64,000 nt of DNA from an uncultured virus (IMG/VR IMGVR_UViG_3300021138_000005) (taxonomy: Duplodnaviria > Heunggongvirae > Uroviricota > Caudoviricetes): the IMG/VR virus record IMGVR_UViG_3300021138_000005; one strand, written 5' to 3'. Made by a program: the position numbers and the translations under genes. This document shows positions 29,110 to 39,204 of the stretch, piece after piece. Each line of letters starts with the position of its first letter. Position 1 is the first letter of the stretch. Under the pieces are notes generated by a model. It was not told the DNA's origin. It saw only the letters and a program-made list of their open reading frames with translations, and did no database searches.

Positions 29110-30057
29110 CGATACGACAGATTCTATATCATCAACAGTGCTGCGAACAGTATGATTATCTAGCACATATTTTTTAGCAGCTGGTAAATCATAGACTATT
29201 GGATCAAAGCTTTTCAGCAAGTTTATTAGCTGCCCATCTGTCTGATAGGTCTGCCCAAACTTGTTAAGCATAGCAGCACCGGCTATCTGTCTCGATATCC
29301 ACGGAGTTTCATTTAGCATGCTCTCTAGAATTACCAAACCAAAACCTTCTTGATTGCTGTGCATTAGATAGCAGTCAGCTTCTGATATTGCACTTAGCAC
29401 ATCTGCCTTGTCGTCTATCAACAGAGGCACAACATTGTTGCTAGTAGCAGGCATGAGATCCATGCGATTGTCATAACCACAGGTTACTAACACAGCATCG
29501 TTGAGCTCAGCACGCTTGAACACTTCAGCTAGCTCACGCATCTTCTTGTTGGGCCAGTAACCGCCGCAGCTGAGGAACATGCGCTTGGTTATACCATGCT
29601 TGGACTTAAATCCCGGTTTACCCAAGCTTTCGTTGAGTTTGATTCCGTGTCGCACACGCTTGGCTTTGTTGCTCTGTCCATGCTTGCGTATGTGATTGAT
29701 GTCATCTGGTGTGCTCCAACCTAGGTATGCACACTCTTTTAGGGCTGTAACACATACATCGCTATTGCTGGGTAATATCAACATATAAAGTATAGGACTT
29801 GGTATGCGAGTAGCATTGCTGAGCACGAAATTCTGTAAGCCAACGTCTCCACCGTGTACCACTATGAGATCCCAAGGCCAACCCAGTATCTGTGGATCAC
29901 TGGTAACCTTCACACTGTTGTAATCGCCTTGATGTTCACCAGCAAACACTGTGACTTCGTGACCACGGCTCAGCGCTTCTTCGGCCATGGCAGCTGTATA
30001 GTATTCACTTCCGCCTGGATACGGGGCATATCTGTGTACTGCGAAAAGTAATCTCAT
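29101..30057 (-). CDS. GT-B glycosyltransferase (GT4-like)
   Basis: PGGSE, EGFGLVILESM; ATG 30057 overlaps the upstream stop. Confidence 0.85.
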   Translation of the reverse strand: MRLLFAVHRYAPYPGGSEYYTAAMAEEALSRGHEVTVFAGEHQGDYNSVKVTSDPQILGWPWDLIVVHGGDVGLQNFVLSNATRIPSPILYMLILPSNSDVCVTALKECAYLGWSTPDDINHIRKHGQSNKAKRVRHGIKLNESLGKPGFKSKHGITKRMFLSCGGYWPNKKMRELAEVFKRAELNDAVLVTCGYDNRMDLMPATSNNVVPLLIDDKADVLSAISEADCYLMHSNQEGFGLVILESMLNETPWISRQIAGAAMLNKFGQTYQTDGQLINLLKSFDPIVYDLPAAKKYVLDNHTVRSTVDDIESVVSSL

Positions 30058-31196
30058 TTGTATACCTCTATCTTCTGCAGTGCAGTATGTAACCAAGGTT
30101 CTGGACGCAGATTGGCTACATCTCCTTCAAACTTGTCTCTAGGCCAGCTCCAGTTGGTGTTCATCGCTAGATAATGAGCATAATAAAGATCAGTGCTCTG
30201 GCCAGCGGGACCAGATATCTGATGCACTCGCCACTGATACTGCATGCATTTTTGTGGAACTAACATCCATTTGTTGCCTATGCCGCGCTTGTTATTATCA
30301 TCCATGCAGCAGTAGTCTCTAAACCTACGTGATTCTAATGGTAATTCATACGCACCTTTGTTTTTTGGTACATCGTGCGGTTCAATCCACTTTCCCAGAT
30401 AGTACAAGCAATGCTGCACACCTTGATCTAACTGAGCTCGTATCTGTTCTAAGCTAGGGCCTTTGGTCACTATCAGCTCGTCTATGTCATTGTTGAGAAC
30501 CATGCTGGCATTGGTGAGATAGCGATACTTGGCATGTTCTAGCATGCAATATTGTCCGTAATCACTATCCCAAGGCGCATGATCGCTGCCCTGTGGACCG
30601 TATGGATAGGGCCATGGCACTATCTTCAGCTTGAGATAATCTCTGCTGAGACGATGGTCTAGTTCACCTACGGTGTAACTGCTGCTGGCATTATCATATA
30701 TTAAGAATCCATCTATGCCATGCACGCGATAGTGATAGTCCATCCATTGCTCAATCCATTCAATGGGATTATCCTTCTGCAGAGTTACCATGACCTTGTG
30801 ACCGTTGAAATAACCATCGTTGTGGTTTACAGCAATTGGCAGAGGATCTGTGTTCTTGCTAAGCAAAACGATGTGAGAATCTATCTTTCTAGTTTGCACC
30901 ACCGTGTAACTGACGCGATCTAAATCATAAAACTGATAGTTGAGCAGATTGTTGTCACTGTCTCCAAACCCTGCATTGTCCTTTAACCAATTCTTAGCAT
31001 CATAGATAGGCGGACCTATCAGTATGGTCTGATACTCGTTGAGCTGAACGCAGTCATACCATAGATTGTGCCAATCGAAGTTATCATTGAACTTCATACC
31101 GCCACAGTAGTCTATGCGCTGCTCTGGCAATCTAGCTGGCTCTCGCTTGATAGGCCAAGTTGTTGGAAACTTTACAGTGGTTACTGGATCTATCAT
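30054..31196 (-). CDS. GT-A glycosyltransferase (GT92/GT2_4-like)
   Basis: WIEQWMDYH...FLIYDNAS...NNDIDE. Confidence 0.7.
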   Translation of the reverse strand: MIDPVTTVKFPTTWPIKREPARLPEQRIDYCGGMKFNDNFDWHNLWYDCVQLNEYQTILIGPPIYDAKNWLKDNAGFGDSDNNLLNYQFYDLDRVSYTVVQTRKIDSHIVLLSKNTDPLPIAVNHNDGYFNGHKVMVTLQKDNPIEWIEQWMDYHYRVHGIDGFLIYDNASSSYTVGELDHRLSRDYLKLKIVPWPYPYGPQGSDHAPWDSDYGQYCMLEHAKYRYLTNASMVLNNDIDELIVTKGPSLEQIRAQLDQGVQHCLYYLGKWIEPHDVPKNKGAYELPLESRRFRDYCCMDDNNKRGIGNKWMLVPQKCMQYQWRVHQISGPAGQSTDLYYAHYLAMNTNWSWPRDKFEGDVANLRPEPWLHTALQKIEVYK

Positions 31197-32158
31197 ACTA
31201 AACGCCTCAGATCTTCTATGTGCTTATGGTAGCGCAGCTCATTGGTTATGTCATGGTACACTGGGTTTGCACCCAGAGAGAATTTTTCCATGTTGCGATG
31301 GTTAAACAGTTCATTGCCGTTGCGATCGCGCTGAACCATCACTGTACCACCGCCCCACTTCTTGTATTGGTTTGCATTGCCTTTATGGAACGGACCAAAT
31401 GGCATGAATCCATATGGTACTTTGGGATCTGCTTGGTAATTAATGTAGTTGGGTCGGCAACCTTTGCGTAGATCAATATGTTGCCAGGCCATGCGGAAAG
31501 TTTCAGCATCGCCGCCAAAGTGGTAATAGACATCGCAGTTGTCGGCGTAATGTTTGACCAAATTTAGCTCAATCCAGGACTGCGCCTTGTTAACTAATAG
31601 CTGACCAGTTTCAAATGGTTCGCCGTCATTTGGATTCACATTGAATATGCGCCACATTGGTGCTTCGTCGTGATAGCGATTGGCACGATCGGTGCTGAAC
31701 ACATCTCGCCAAAACAAACTACCCTTGTCTTGGTATTCTTGATCATCGAACAAGAACTCTGGATTGCGTATAGGGAAGCTATCAGCATCTAACCATAGAT
31801 TTTCTGCATATTGGCTTTCCCATAGAGCATATGGTTTAGTGCTCCATCCTGCGTTGATACCATAAATGGTAGTGAAATCTTTGGCGTTACCTTGTATCTC
31901 AGTTACTGTTATCTGATCTGGTGCAGGACTGCGCAATATAGCAGCTTGCTGCTGTGTAATCTCATCTTTGCGATGGAAGATTTCAATGGGTAGTTTGACT
32001 TCTTGTAGGATCAATTCTCGCATCAAAATATAACCACTGGCAATCTCTTTACCATACACGCTGGTTACGATGCTACGACCTGGGTTGAAATGCGGTACGC
32101 CTAAGCGGTTAAGCATTTGATCAACTTTTTGATATTCTTCTTGTAGATTAACCTGCAT
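31193..32158 (-). CDS. Mannosyltransferase-like (GT71/MNN-type)
   Basis: KPYAL...LWLDADSFPIRNPEFLFD...GSLFWRD, ETGQLLVNK, GDAETF. Confidence 0.75.
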   Translation of the reverse strand: MQVNLQEEYQKVDQMLNRLGVPHFNPGRSIVTSVYGKEIASGYILMRELILQEVKLPIEIFHRKDEITQQQAAILRSPAPDQITVTEIQGNAKDFTTIYGINAGWSTKPYALWESQYAENLWLDADSFPIRNPEFLFDDQEYQDKGSLFWRDVFSTDRANRYHDEAPMWRIFNVNPNDGEPFETGQLLVNKAQSWIELNLVKHYADNCDVYYHFGGDAETFRMAWQHIDLRKGCRPNYINYQADPKVPYGFMPFGPFHKGNANQYKKWGGGTVMVQRDRNGNELFNHRNMEKFSLGANPVYHDITNELRYHKHIEDLRRLV

Positions 32159-33011
32159 ATCGTGCCTCTATTACTGGTTTCCATTCTGGTATGCGATCAT
32201 ATTGATGTAAGATGAAATGCCTAGTTCTATTGCTAGTAGTAGCATACTCTCCATCCCACTGAGGTTGTGGTTCTAACAGATGCGGTTTAAATGTGTGCAT
32301 CTTGGCTGGATCAAACGATGTACCAGCTTGGCAGGCCCAACCGTCTTCACTCATGGTGAACTTGGTGATGCTCTTGTAAGGTTCCAGTCCCAGCAGCACG
32401 TTGTACGCAGCTTGGTCAGGATTGTGTACTTTGGTAGCATGCTGGCTGCCAACGCTAAGCAGATAGATGTTCAACCACAGATCTTTCATCACACTGGGTA
32501 CGCCGCACTGCACACCGCAGTTCCAAATTGGATTGGTCTTCATCTTATCGTACACCCAGGGGAAGCTGTTCTGCAGGTTCTCATTGCCCCAAGGTTCGTG
32601 CTGATACTGCAAGCTTTCGCAGCTGGCTAGTATCTTAGCATTGCCCATGTTAGCGTCTAACCATTCACTTGGGTTACGCTGAAATACCACATCCTTGACG
32701 TCTGTGTGTATAACATAACGATAATCCTCAGATTTCATAAGGTTCTCTATGAAACCGTGCAGATGAAGGAAGCGCTCTACCACTATAATAAGCTGACCGT
32801 TATAGAACAGATTACCAGTAGTCGGATCTTGTCCAAACCCCATTACCTTAAATCCTCGGTCGTTTAATTTCTGTACTGTACTAAGATGACTGTTATAAAC
32901 TAACATAGCCTTGTCGCCGGTGAATCCGCAGGCATCAATGCTGTTGACCCAGTACTTTATCTTATCCCAGTCGTAGTTGGTAAATGAACCTATTATAAGA
33001 TCTTTTGACAT
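32148..33011 (-). CDS. Putative GT-A glycosyltransferase
   Basis: YVIHTDVKDVVFQRNP, NCGV, DQAAYN, HQYDR. Confidence 0.6.
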   Translation of the reverse strand: MSKDLIIGSFTNYDWDKIKYWVNSIDACGFTGDKAMLVYNSHLSTVQKLNDRGFKVMGFGQDPTTGNLFYNGQLIIVVERFLHLHGFIENLMKSEDYRYVIHTDVKDVVFQRNPSEWLDANMGNAKILASCESLQYQHEPWGNENLQNSFPWVYDKMKTNPIWNCGVQCGVPSVMKDLWLNIYLLSVGSQHATKVHNPDQAAYNVLLGLEPYKSITKFTMSEDGWACQAGTSFDPAKMHTFKPHLLEPQPQWDGEYATTSNRTRHFILHQYDRIPEWKPVIEARYAG

Positions 33012-33035
33012 GCGTTATTGTGCGGTTTCGACGGA

Positions 33036-33785
33036 TCAATCGCAATTTATTCCCAGATACTTGTCTGCACCGAGGCTGCACATCATGCGCATTATCTTCT
33101 GCCCATTCTTGCTGCGCATGATGCTGCTCAGCTCGCGGTCAGTCTTTTCGTCGTCTTTGATCTGTAGCAGCAATGGCATGTTATCTTTGATTATCTTTAA
33201 GTCATGCTTGGGCCAACGAGGATTATCAAAATATCCCAGTGCCCTGAACCAACGCATGATTAGATGCGGATCTTCTTGGATTCTATCCTGTGTCACAGGC
33301 AGCATAACCACACGTTGATTGCGCAGATCGTCTAATCCGCCGGTGTAATCGTAAAGTATACCATCTTTATCAATGCTCATGCTGTTAATGCTGAGATCTC
33401 TGTGCTGAGCATCCTGTTCCCAGTCTTGGCCGCGTATGATGCGTACCTTACCATCTTTGAGTTCTAGCTTGTAAGCTATGCTAGTTACGTCAACCTTGTT
33501 GTTACCAAAAACAGCTTTGATGGTACCGTGTCCTATGCCTTTATCATCGTGGGCTATGTCTTCTAGATTGAAGATATAGATCAGTTCACTAGGATCGGCA
33601 TCTGTGGCAAAATCTATGTCACGAGGATTTTGACCTCTGACGAAATCACGCACAGCTCCGCCTACTACTCTCGCATCAAAACCATATTTGCGCAGTACAT
33701 CAGCCACACGCTGTACCTCTGGTGTAAACACCTTTTCAAATTCTTTTTCATCTATGTTTAGATTGGCAAGTTTCTCCGTGAGCAT
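33036..33785 (-). CDS. Class II tRNA nucleotidyltransferase (CCA/poly(A) polymerase head domain), short and atypical
   Basis: VGGAVRD, DIDF, RDLSINSM, DYTGGLDDL; start MLTEK directly after TATAAATA. Confidence 0.85.
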   Translation of the reverse strand: MLTEKLANLNIDEKEFEKVFTPEVQRVADVLRKYGFDARVVGGAVRDFVRGQNPRDIDFATDADPSELIYIFNLEDIAHDDKGIGHGTIKAVFGNNKVDVTSIAYKLELKDGKVRIIRGQDWEQDAQHRDLSINSMSIDKDGILYDYTGGLDDLRNQRVVMLPVTQDRIQEDPHLIMRWFRALGYFDNPRWPKHDLKIIKDNMPLLLQIKDDEKTDRELSSIMRSKNGQKIMRMMCSLGADKYLGINCD

Positions 33786-33789
33786 GGAA

Positions 33790-33797
33790 TATTTATA
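33790..33797 (-). promoter_or_regulatory. Late promoter TATAAATA, 4 nt before the ATG (leaderless)
   Basis: Minus strand TATAAATA-ttcc-ATG; overlaps the upstream gene's stop. Confidence 0.65.
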
Positions 33798-35454
33798 GGG
33801 CCAAGCGCCAATAACCTGGGGCGTATCGCGGCAAGACGTATTCGCTCCACTGCGCACCGTTCCATTCTAGCAACTTGCCAGTGAACATGTTCTGTACGTA
33901 CTGCATTGAACCTATGTAGTTGCTGGCTTGAAAAGTTACAGACCATACTGTACCGTCAAAGGTAACAATGTCATTTATATCAGCAACTACTGCACCCCAA
34001 GCTGCACTAGTTTCGGCAGGTTTTTCAGTTAATAGATAGCTTTGACCTACAACAGCAGGCGGCAATCCTATATTAGGACCTTTTGATAGCGGATTCACTA
34101 TTGCAGTTATAGGTGCTATAGTGGTGTTTGGTAGGCTAGCTGGTTCTACAGTCCATATTATTAAATTTTGATCAGTTGGATGAGGTTGTATCCATCCTGC
34201 TGCTTGATACGTGCTGCCTGGATTTAGATCTGGTAATTCAGTCCATACAGTGAGTTGGCTGGCATTGGTACCGTAAATGCTATAAGGATTTAATACACCG
34301 TAGGGTAAGAATAATCTCCACCATGCAATATCTCCGCCTGGGTATGTAGTAGGTAAAAGTCCAATTGATCCTAATGGCGTGCCAGACACATTTGCAAAGA
34401 TATTATCTCCTGCTGTATTATTAATAAACATGATCTGATTGTTGTTTTGCAGCTGAATATTATAGCTGGTGTTAATCATAAGTGCAGCAGCATTATCTAT
34501 AAATGTAGCAATATTAGAAGTTGTAATAGGTATGACTATACCGTTGAAACTAAAGCTAGTACCTGGTGTCAGGATTGGGTTTGGTTGTGAGAATGTTACA
34601 GTAGCCTTGTTAGCTAGCTCTTTTGGATTTCCAGCAGTGCTGCCCAAACTAATGGTATATTGATTATTACCTATCCAGGTCAGTGTAATGCTGTAATCGC
34701 CCGGCGTAATAACCTGTCTGCTAAGAAATTCATATTCTGTCCAATCCACTTGATCCGAGTTAGATTTACTACCTTCTATCACACTGGTAATAATGTTTTG
34801 TATTAGGTTCTGTTGATTTACCTGTGCTGGTGGATTTATCCAGATAGGAAAACGAAATATCATAGTTAACACGTCGATTGGATTTTCGGTACCTATTGGT
34901 ATAGTCCTGCTACTCCACGTTATCTGATCTTGCATCTCAATCCAGCTTAACACTGTCCAGTCTAATGGATTATTGCTGGTCTGTATTTCGATAGCAGGAT
35001 TATAGAGGACCATTATCTGCTCTACTAGCTGTTCCTTTACGCTTTCATTGGGACTCCATATATCAACACTCATGCTAAGTTCATACGGCACAGGCATGTA
35101 TCGAGCTATGCTATATTGATTACCAGGCGTGTTCATGTATTGACCTGTGTTTGGATCATACTCTCGTGTATCAACCTGCACGGTATCAATGACCTGCGGT
35201 CCTTGGCGACGATTTGGTGCCATAGCCAGCCCACTGATCCAACAGGTTATAAACGGCGTAGTTAACAGTTTGTTTTCACTGTTGCCTTTGACCACAGTAG
35301 CAGCGATCCTAGTTGGGTCGCCGTAACGACAGGGCACACGTACCAACTGTGGTGTTCCGTCTGCATTATTACCAACACTGTATGAGAAATTGCTGAATGC
35401 ACGTATAAACTGCAATCGATAATTGCGCAGCTGACCTGAGTACCAATAATCCAT
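33793..35454 (-). CDS. Tail completion/sheath stabiliser (gp15-like) with C-terminal extension
   Basis: YWYSGQLRNY...FSNF, VPCRYG, MPVPYEL, EQIMVLYNP; TAAATA on the minus strand at 35474-79. Confidence 0.75.
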   Translation of the reverse strand: MDYWYSGQLRNYRLQFIRAFSNFSYSVGNNADGTPQLVRVPCRYGDPTRIAATVVKGNSENKLLTTPFITCWISGLAMAPNRRQGPQVIDTVQVDTREYDPNTGQYMNTPGNQYSIARYMPVPYELSMSVDIWSPNESVKEQLVEQIMVLYNPAIEIQTSNNPLDWTVLSWIEMQDQITWSSRTIPIGTENPIDVLTMIFRFPIWINPPAQVNQQNLIQNIITSVIEGSKSNSDQVDWTEYEFLSRQVITPGDYSITLTWIGNNQYTISLGSTAGNPKELANKATVTFSQPNPILTPGTSFSFNGIVIPITTSNIATFIDNAAALMINTSYNIQLQNNNQIMFINNTAGDNIFANVSGTPLGSIGLLPTTYPGGDIAWWRLFLPYGVLNPYSIYGTNASQLTVWTELPDLNPGSTYQAAGWIQPHPTDQNLIIWTVEPASLPNTTIAPITAIVNPLSKGPNIGLPPAVVGQSYLLTEKPAETSAAWGAVVADINDIVTFDGTVWSVTFQASNYIGSMQYVQNMFTGKLLEWNGAQWSEYVLPRYAPGYWRLAL

Positions 35455-35513
35455 GATGTTTCCTTGCTAATGATATTTATTGGTGGTTTATAAATATCTC
35501 AGAGGTATCTAGC

Positions 35514-35726
35514 ATGACTGCCAAACTGATACTACTTGACGACATCTATGAGATACGCAAGCGCAAAGAAGAAGAGCTTGAATTCTACCATGCAGAGCTT
35601 AAAAAACTTAAGGTAAGATTAGATCTGGTCCGACACGAAATAAGTGTGACGAACCAGATCATAGAACTAATAGAAACAGAAAAAGTTATAGATGTCAAAG
35701 ACCGTATAAGGTCTAAATTAACCTAA
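35514..35726 (+). CDS. Small coiled-coil hypothetical protein
   Basis: TATAAATA at 35489-96 and GAGG SD. Confidence 0.65.
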   Translation: MTAKLILLDDIYEIRKRKEEELEFYHAELKKLKVRLDLVRHEISVTNQIIELIETEKVIDVKDRIRSKLT

Positions 35727-36329
35727 TACTCGTTTAGCATCTTGATAATGTTTAGTACGTTCTTCGAGGCCAATCGTACCACCGTTGACACGCTTAGTGC
35801 AACCAACGATGTCATCTGCATCTGCAAACTTGTTTAACCCGTTACGTGCCCAGAACCAAGCAGCACTGCGAGCTGCACCCTCTGCTGTCTCTAGGTAATC
35901 AGGGTTGTTATTGAGATCAAATTTAAGTGCAGCAGCACACGCAGTGTAATTGTCTTTGCCAGTAAGCTGTATCAACCCGCGACCACGATAGCGATAACCA
36001 TCGCCTGTGCTCTCGTCACCATTGCCCATGCGTCCGCCATAGACACGATTAGCAATCTTCTCAGGCTGCTTCTCAAAGTCTGCTGGATTAACGTCTCTGA
36101 AATATTTTGGGAATACCTTAACCAGTGTTTCGGCACGATAGTTGAGATTTTCTTGCACAACGCTGAATCCACCGCTTTCGTGGCCACATTGTGCTAAGAA
36201 CATTGCTTGTTCTTGGGGATTCACTATGTTAAATTCGGTCATTGCAGCATTCAATGGGTCGCAGATCTCATCGATGTCATTTGGATCAGATTGTGGAAAG
36301 ATTTGCTTAAGTTGCTTGGCCGATACCAC
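35718..36329 (-). CDS. GH19 chitinase-like endolysin
   Basis: FLAQCGHESGG, ENLNY, YRGRGLIQLTG, INGG-like VNGG. Confidence 0.92.
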   Translation of the reverse strand: MVSAKQLKQIFPQSDPNDIDEICDPLNAAMTEFNIVNPQEQAMFLAQCGHESGGFSVVQENLNYRAETLVKVFPKYFRDVNPADFEKQPEKIANRVYGGRMGNGDESTGDGYRYRGRGLIQLTGKDNYTACAAALKFDLNNNPDYLETAEGAARSAAWFWARNGLNKFADADDIVGCTKRVNGGTIGLEERTKHYQDAKRVLG

Positions 36330-36338
36330 GATTTACTC

Positions 36339-37478
36339 CTATATGATGTCTGGATCAAGTTTGGCCCTTAGAACTGTGCGTAGATCTTGCTGTTGAGGAA
36401 CCACTACACCGGTCTGTAAGGTAGTCTGCACGTTACCGTTATTTATGAACCCTGCTAGAGCGGCAGTGCTTGGTGTCCAGCTGGTCCTGTAGTCTATCTC
36501 ATGTCTCGACCAAACTGCTCCGCTATTGTTTGCTAATTGTACTCGCTGGAATAGCTGCGGCGGACTGTAATCTACTCGGAGAACCCATGTACCAGCCGGA
36601 GCACCTGGTGGAAAAGATATAGCCGATTGAACAGGCAGGCTTTGGTTCGGTGGTATACCGTCGGTAGCTAATATAGAAACTGCTTGGTTCAATTGTCCCT
36701 CTAGCACATAGAATTGCTGACCTTGAAGATTCCTGAACGGAACTTCTATCGTAGCCTGTGCTACTATCTGATCATTGATAGCGATCTCTCTGTTATATGT
36801 GCTGAGCATATCAGCTAATGTAAGAGGTCCGGTACCATTTGGATTGGCAATAGGATCGCCGTTGAGATCTGTAGCAGGTTTTTGCAGTATGTCTCGGTAT
36901 TCCTGGCTGTCAGTTATTGGATCGCATTTGACTCGCCATATGTGAGGCCACCATGTTGGACTATAACCTTCGGCCGGCCTAGCTCCTTCTTGTACCACAT
37001 AATACTTAGGCAATGAGAAATCTCCCAACGCATAATCATCTCGTCGATGGCTAATCTCTATGACATCGCCGCTCATGAGAGTGCGTCCTATGCTGTTAGT
37101 CATGTCGTTGAGATGGAATGTTATGAATATCGTTTCGTTGCTGAGGAATAGTCCAAACTGGCGAAGATCAAATTCGGTATCAGTGACTGCATAGTGACCT
37201 TTGAGAGCTATCACGTCCTGATCATAAGCGCGATCGCGTATTTCCATATTTAATACGTCTTGTATCTGGAGAACATTATCTTGTCCGGAATTTGCTGCAT
37301 CGAGTGCTGTATTTGGTAATGTGAAATCACCGCTTGCGTTAGTGGGTTTTGGTCCTAGGTATTTGTGCACCAAGAATTCTGTACCGCCTACTCTATATTC
37401 TTCACTGACGATTCGATCAAAAAACTTGTAATCGTTAGTCCTTACGGCTGCGCCCTTCCAGAGGGTTAATGGTGGCAC
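36339..37478 (-). CDS. Neck protein, gp14-like
   Basis: FDLRQFGLFL, SGDVIE, WWPHIWRVKC; TAAATA on the minus strand at 37505-10. Confidence 0.7.
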   Translation of the reverse strand: MPPLTLWKGAAVRTNDYKFFDRIVSEEYRVGGTEFLVHKYLGPKPTNASGDFTLPNTALDAANSGQDNVLQIQDVLNMEIRDRAYDQDVIALKGHYAVTDTEFDLRQFGLFLSNETIFITFHLNDMTNSIGRTLMSGDVIEISHRRDDYALGDFSLPKYYVVQEGARPAEGYSPTWWPHIWRVKCDPITDSQEYRDILQKPATDLNGDPIANPNGTGPLTLADMLSTYNREIAINDQIVAQATIEVPFRNLQGQQFYVLEGQLNQAVSILATDGIPPNQSLPVQSAISFPPGAPAGTWVLRVDYSPPQLFQRVQLANNSGAVWSRHEIDYRTSWTPSTAALAGFINNGNVQTTLQTGVVVPQQQDLRTVLRAKLDPDII

Positions 37479-37579
37479 GCGAATCTCCTTAAAGCAGGCG
37501 CAGATATTTATCGCACTAGATCTAAGATTTAGATCATTGATTTTGCAGGAAAATTATCTCAAAAACGCGGAAAAAACAG

Positions 37580-37607
37580 TTGACAAGCTTCTAAACTGTG
37601 CTACTAT
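37580..37607 (+). promoter_or_regulatory. Sigma70-type early promoter
   Basis: TTGACA-N16-TACTAT with TGn extension and an A-rich UP element. Confidence 0.7.
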
Positions 37608-37630
37608 AAGCTATGATGGAGGGACAAGAT

Positions 37631-38680
37631 ATGGAACAGATTACAGCGATTCCCCACAAGATCAAGGGTATTGATTTCTCCGCTGCTGGCCCTGAGAACG
37701 ATAACCATGCTAAAGCATGGCGCGAGGCTATGGATTGGGCTCGTGTAGAGATTGATTATGCTACTCTCAAGCAATACTTCCAAGCATGGGCTAAGCTCAA
37801 CCGCGATCTTGATGAGCAAGCGCACTGGGTTGCGCTTCCCACATATCATTATGCTACCGTTGGTCGCATTGCTTTCGTGGTGCAGCACGGTGCTGTGATG
37901 CCAGAAGACATCAAAACATGGTTTGATGTTAAAGTTGACGAACTGCTGCAGATCAAGGTTGCATTAGCTGATGAGGACGAGCCGGAGCGCAAGCTGAGTA
38001 CAGTGCAGAAGCGCAACATGGAATATGTAACACTCTACAGCAATATGGAAGCTATCTGGCGCAAGCACATGGGCGATGCTGCCGAAATCGAAGAAGCTAC
38101 TAAGAAATTCTTAGATCGTGCACGTCCTAACCAGCAGATGCTCAAGCGTCTCTATGATCACTTCAAAGAGAGCTTCGCAGATGCTCTGCGTGACAAGGAC
38201 AACGAACTAGTAGCTGAGACTATCGAGCCCATCGTGACCGTGGTTAATGTGCTGGCAACCAGCACAGGTAATGCTCGTGCTGTAGCTGATAGCCGTGGTG
38301 CTAGCCGCAAGAGCATCAAACAAGCCAGCAAGGCCAAGTTTAAGACAGTTGACCTTAACACTGACATGGCCAGCATTAACCCTGCTATGATCCCAGGCAG
38401 CAGCAAGGCGCTGGTGTATAACAGCAAGAGCCGCAAAGTGTACCTGTACGTAGCAGGTGAGGCGGGTTTGGGTATCAAAGGTGCCAAGGTTACAGGTTAT
38501 GACGAGGCTCTGAGCTTTGCCAAGACGCTGCGCAACCCCAAGCAGATCTTAGGGACCTTGCGTGATGCGGCCACCAGCAAGCGAGTGGATGTGGTCATGG
38601 GAGACTACATCAAGGGCAAGAAGCATCCGGTGAACGGACGGCTCAACAAGGACACCTTGGTGATCAAAGTGTTCAAGTAA
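37631..38680 (+). CDS. Hypothetical protein, probably early
   Basis: Long ORF; GGAGG SD before ATG 37631; C-terminal KTLRNP...NGRLNKDTLVIKVF. Confidence 0.7.
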   Translation: MEQITAIPHKIKGIDFSAAGPENDNHAKAWREAMDWARVEIDYATLKQYFQAWAKLNRDLDEQAHWVALPTYHYATVGRIAFVVQHGAVMPEDIKTWFDVKVDELLQIKVALADEDEPERKLSTVQKRNMEYVTLYSNMEAIWRKHMGDAAEIEEATKKFLDRARPNQQMLKRLYDHFKESFADALRDKDNELVAETIEPIVTVVNVLATSTGNARAVADSRGASRKSIKQASKAKFKTVDLNTDMASINPAMIPGSSKALVYNSKSRKVYLYVAGEAGLGIKGAKVTGYDEALSFAKTLRNPKQILGTLRDAATSKRVDVVMGDYIKGKKHPVNGRLNKDTLVIKVFK

Positions 38681-38714
38681 GTTGACAACAGCGTTGCTGG
38701 GAAGCTAAATATAG

Positions 38715-39173
38715 ATGACAATGATAAAGATGGCTACGGTCGTAGCTTTCTGTTTAGCATGCGCAGGCTGCCAAACAGTAAGTGCCGGGAGTTCGAATTA
38801 CAGCAACGAACCACTGGTTCAGCTTACAGCTGACAAGGCCCACCAACATAATGTGCCAAGCTCCCTGGCAATCGCTGTCGTGACATTAGAGAGTAATTGG
38901 GATGCGAAAGCTTTGAGTCGAGGCAACTATGGTCTGGGTCAGATCAAGTGTGGCACAGCTCGAAGCGTTGGTTTTGACGGCAAGTGCTCTGCATTGCTGC
39001 AGCCAGACGTGAATCTTGAATACAGCATGAAATACATGCGTATGGCGTTAGATGAAGCACATGACGATCAGTGCACAGCGCTTACTTTGTATAATCAAGG
39101 ACTCGGCAAGACACTGCGCAAGAAACCTAGCAGATACTGCCGTAACATAATGAAGATCATGAAAGAAGACTGA
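38715..39173 (+). CDS. SLT-domain lytic transglycosylase, putative lipoprotein
   Basis: Lipobox-like LACAGC; catalytic ES, GLGQ, YNQG motifs. Confidence 0.8.
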   Translation: MTMIKMATVVAFCLACAGCQTVSAGSSNYSNEPLVQLTADKAHQHNVPSSLAIAVVTLESNWDAKALSRGNYGLGQIKCGTARSVGFDGKCSALLQPDVNLEYSMKYMRMALDEAHDDQCTALTLYNQGLGKTLRKKPSRYCRNIMKIMKED

Positions 39174-39204
39174 CCTCTTGCTATAAATATCAAGAGGTAT
39201 TCAC

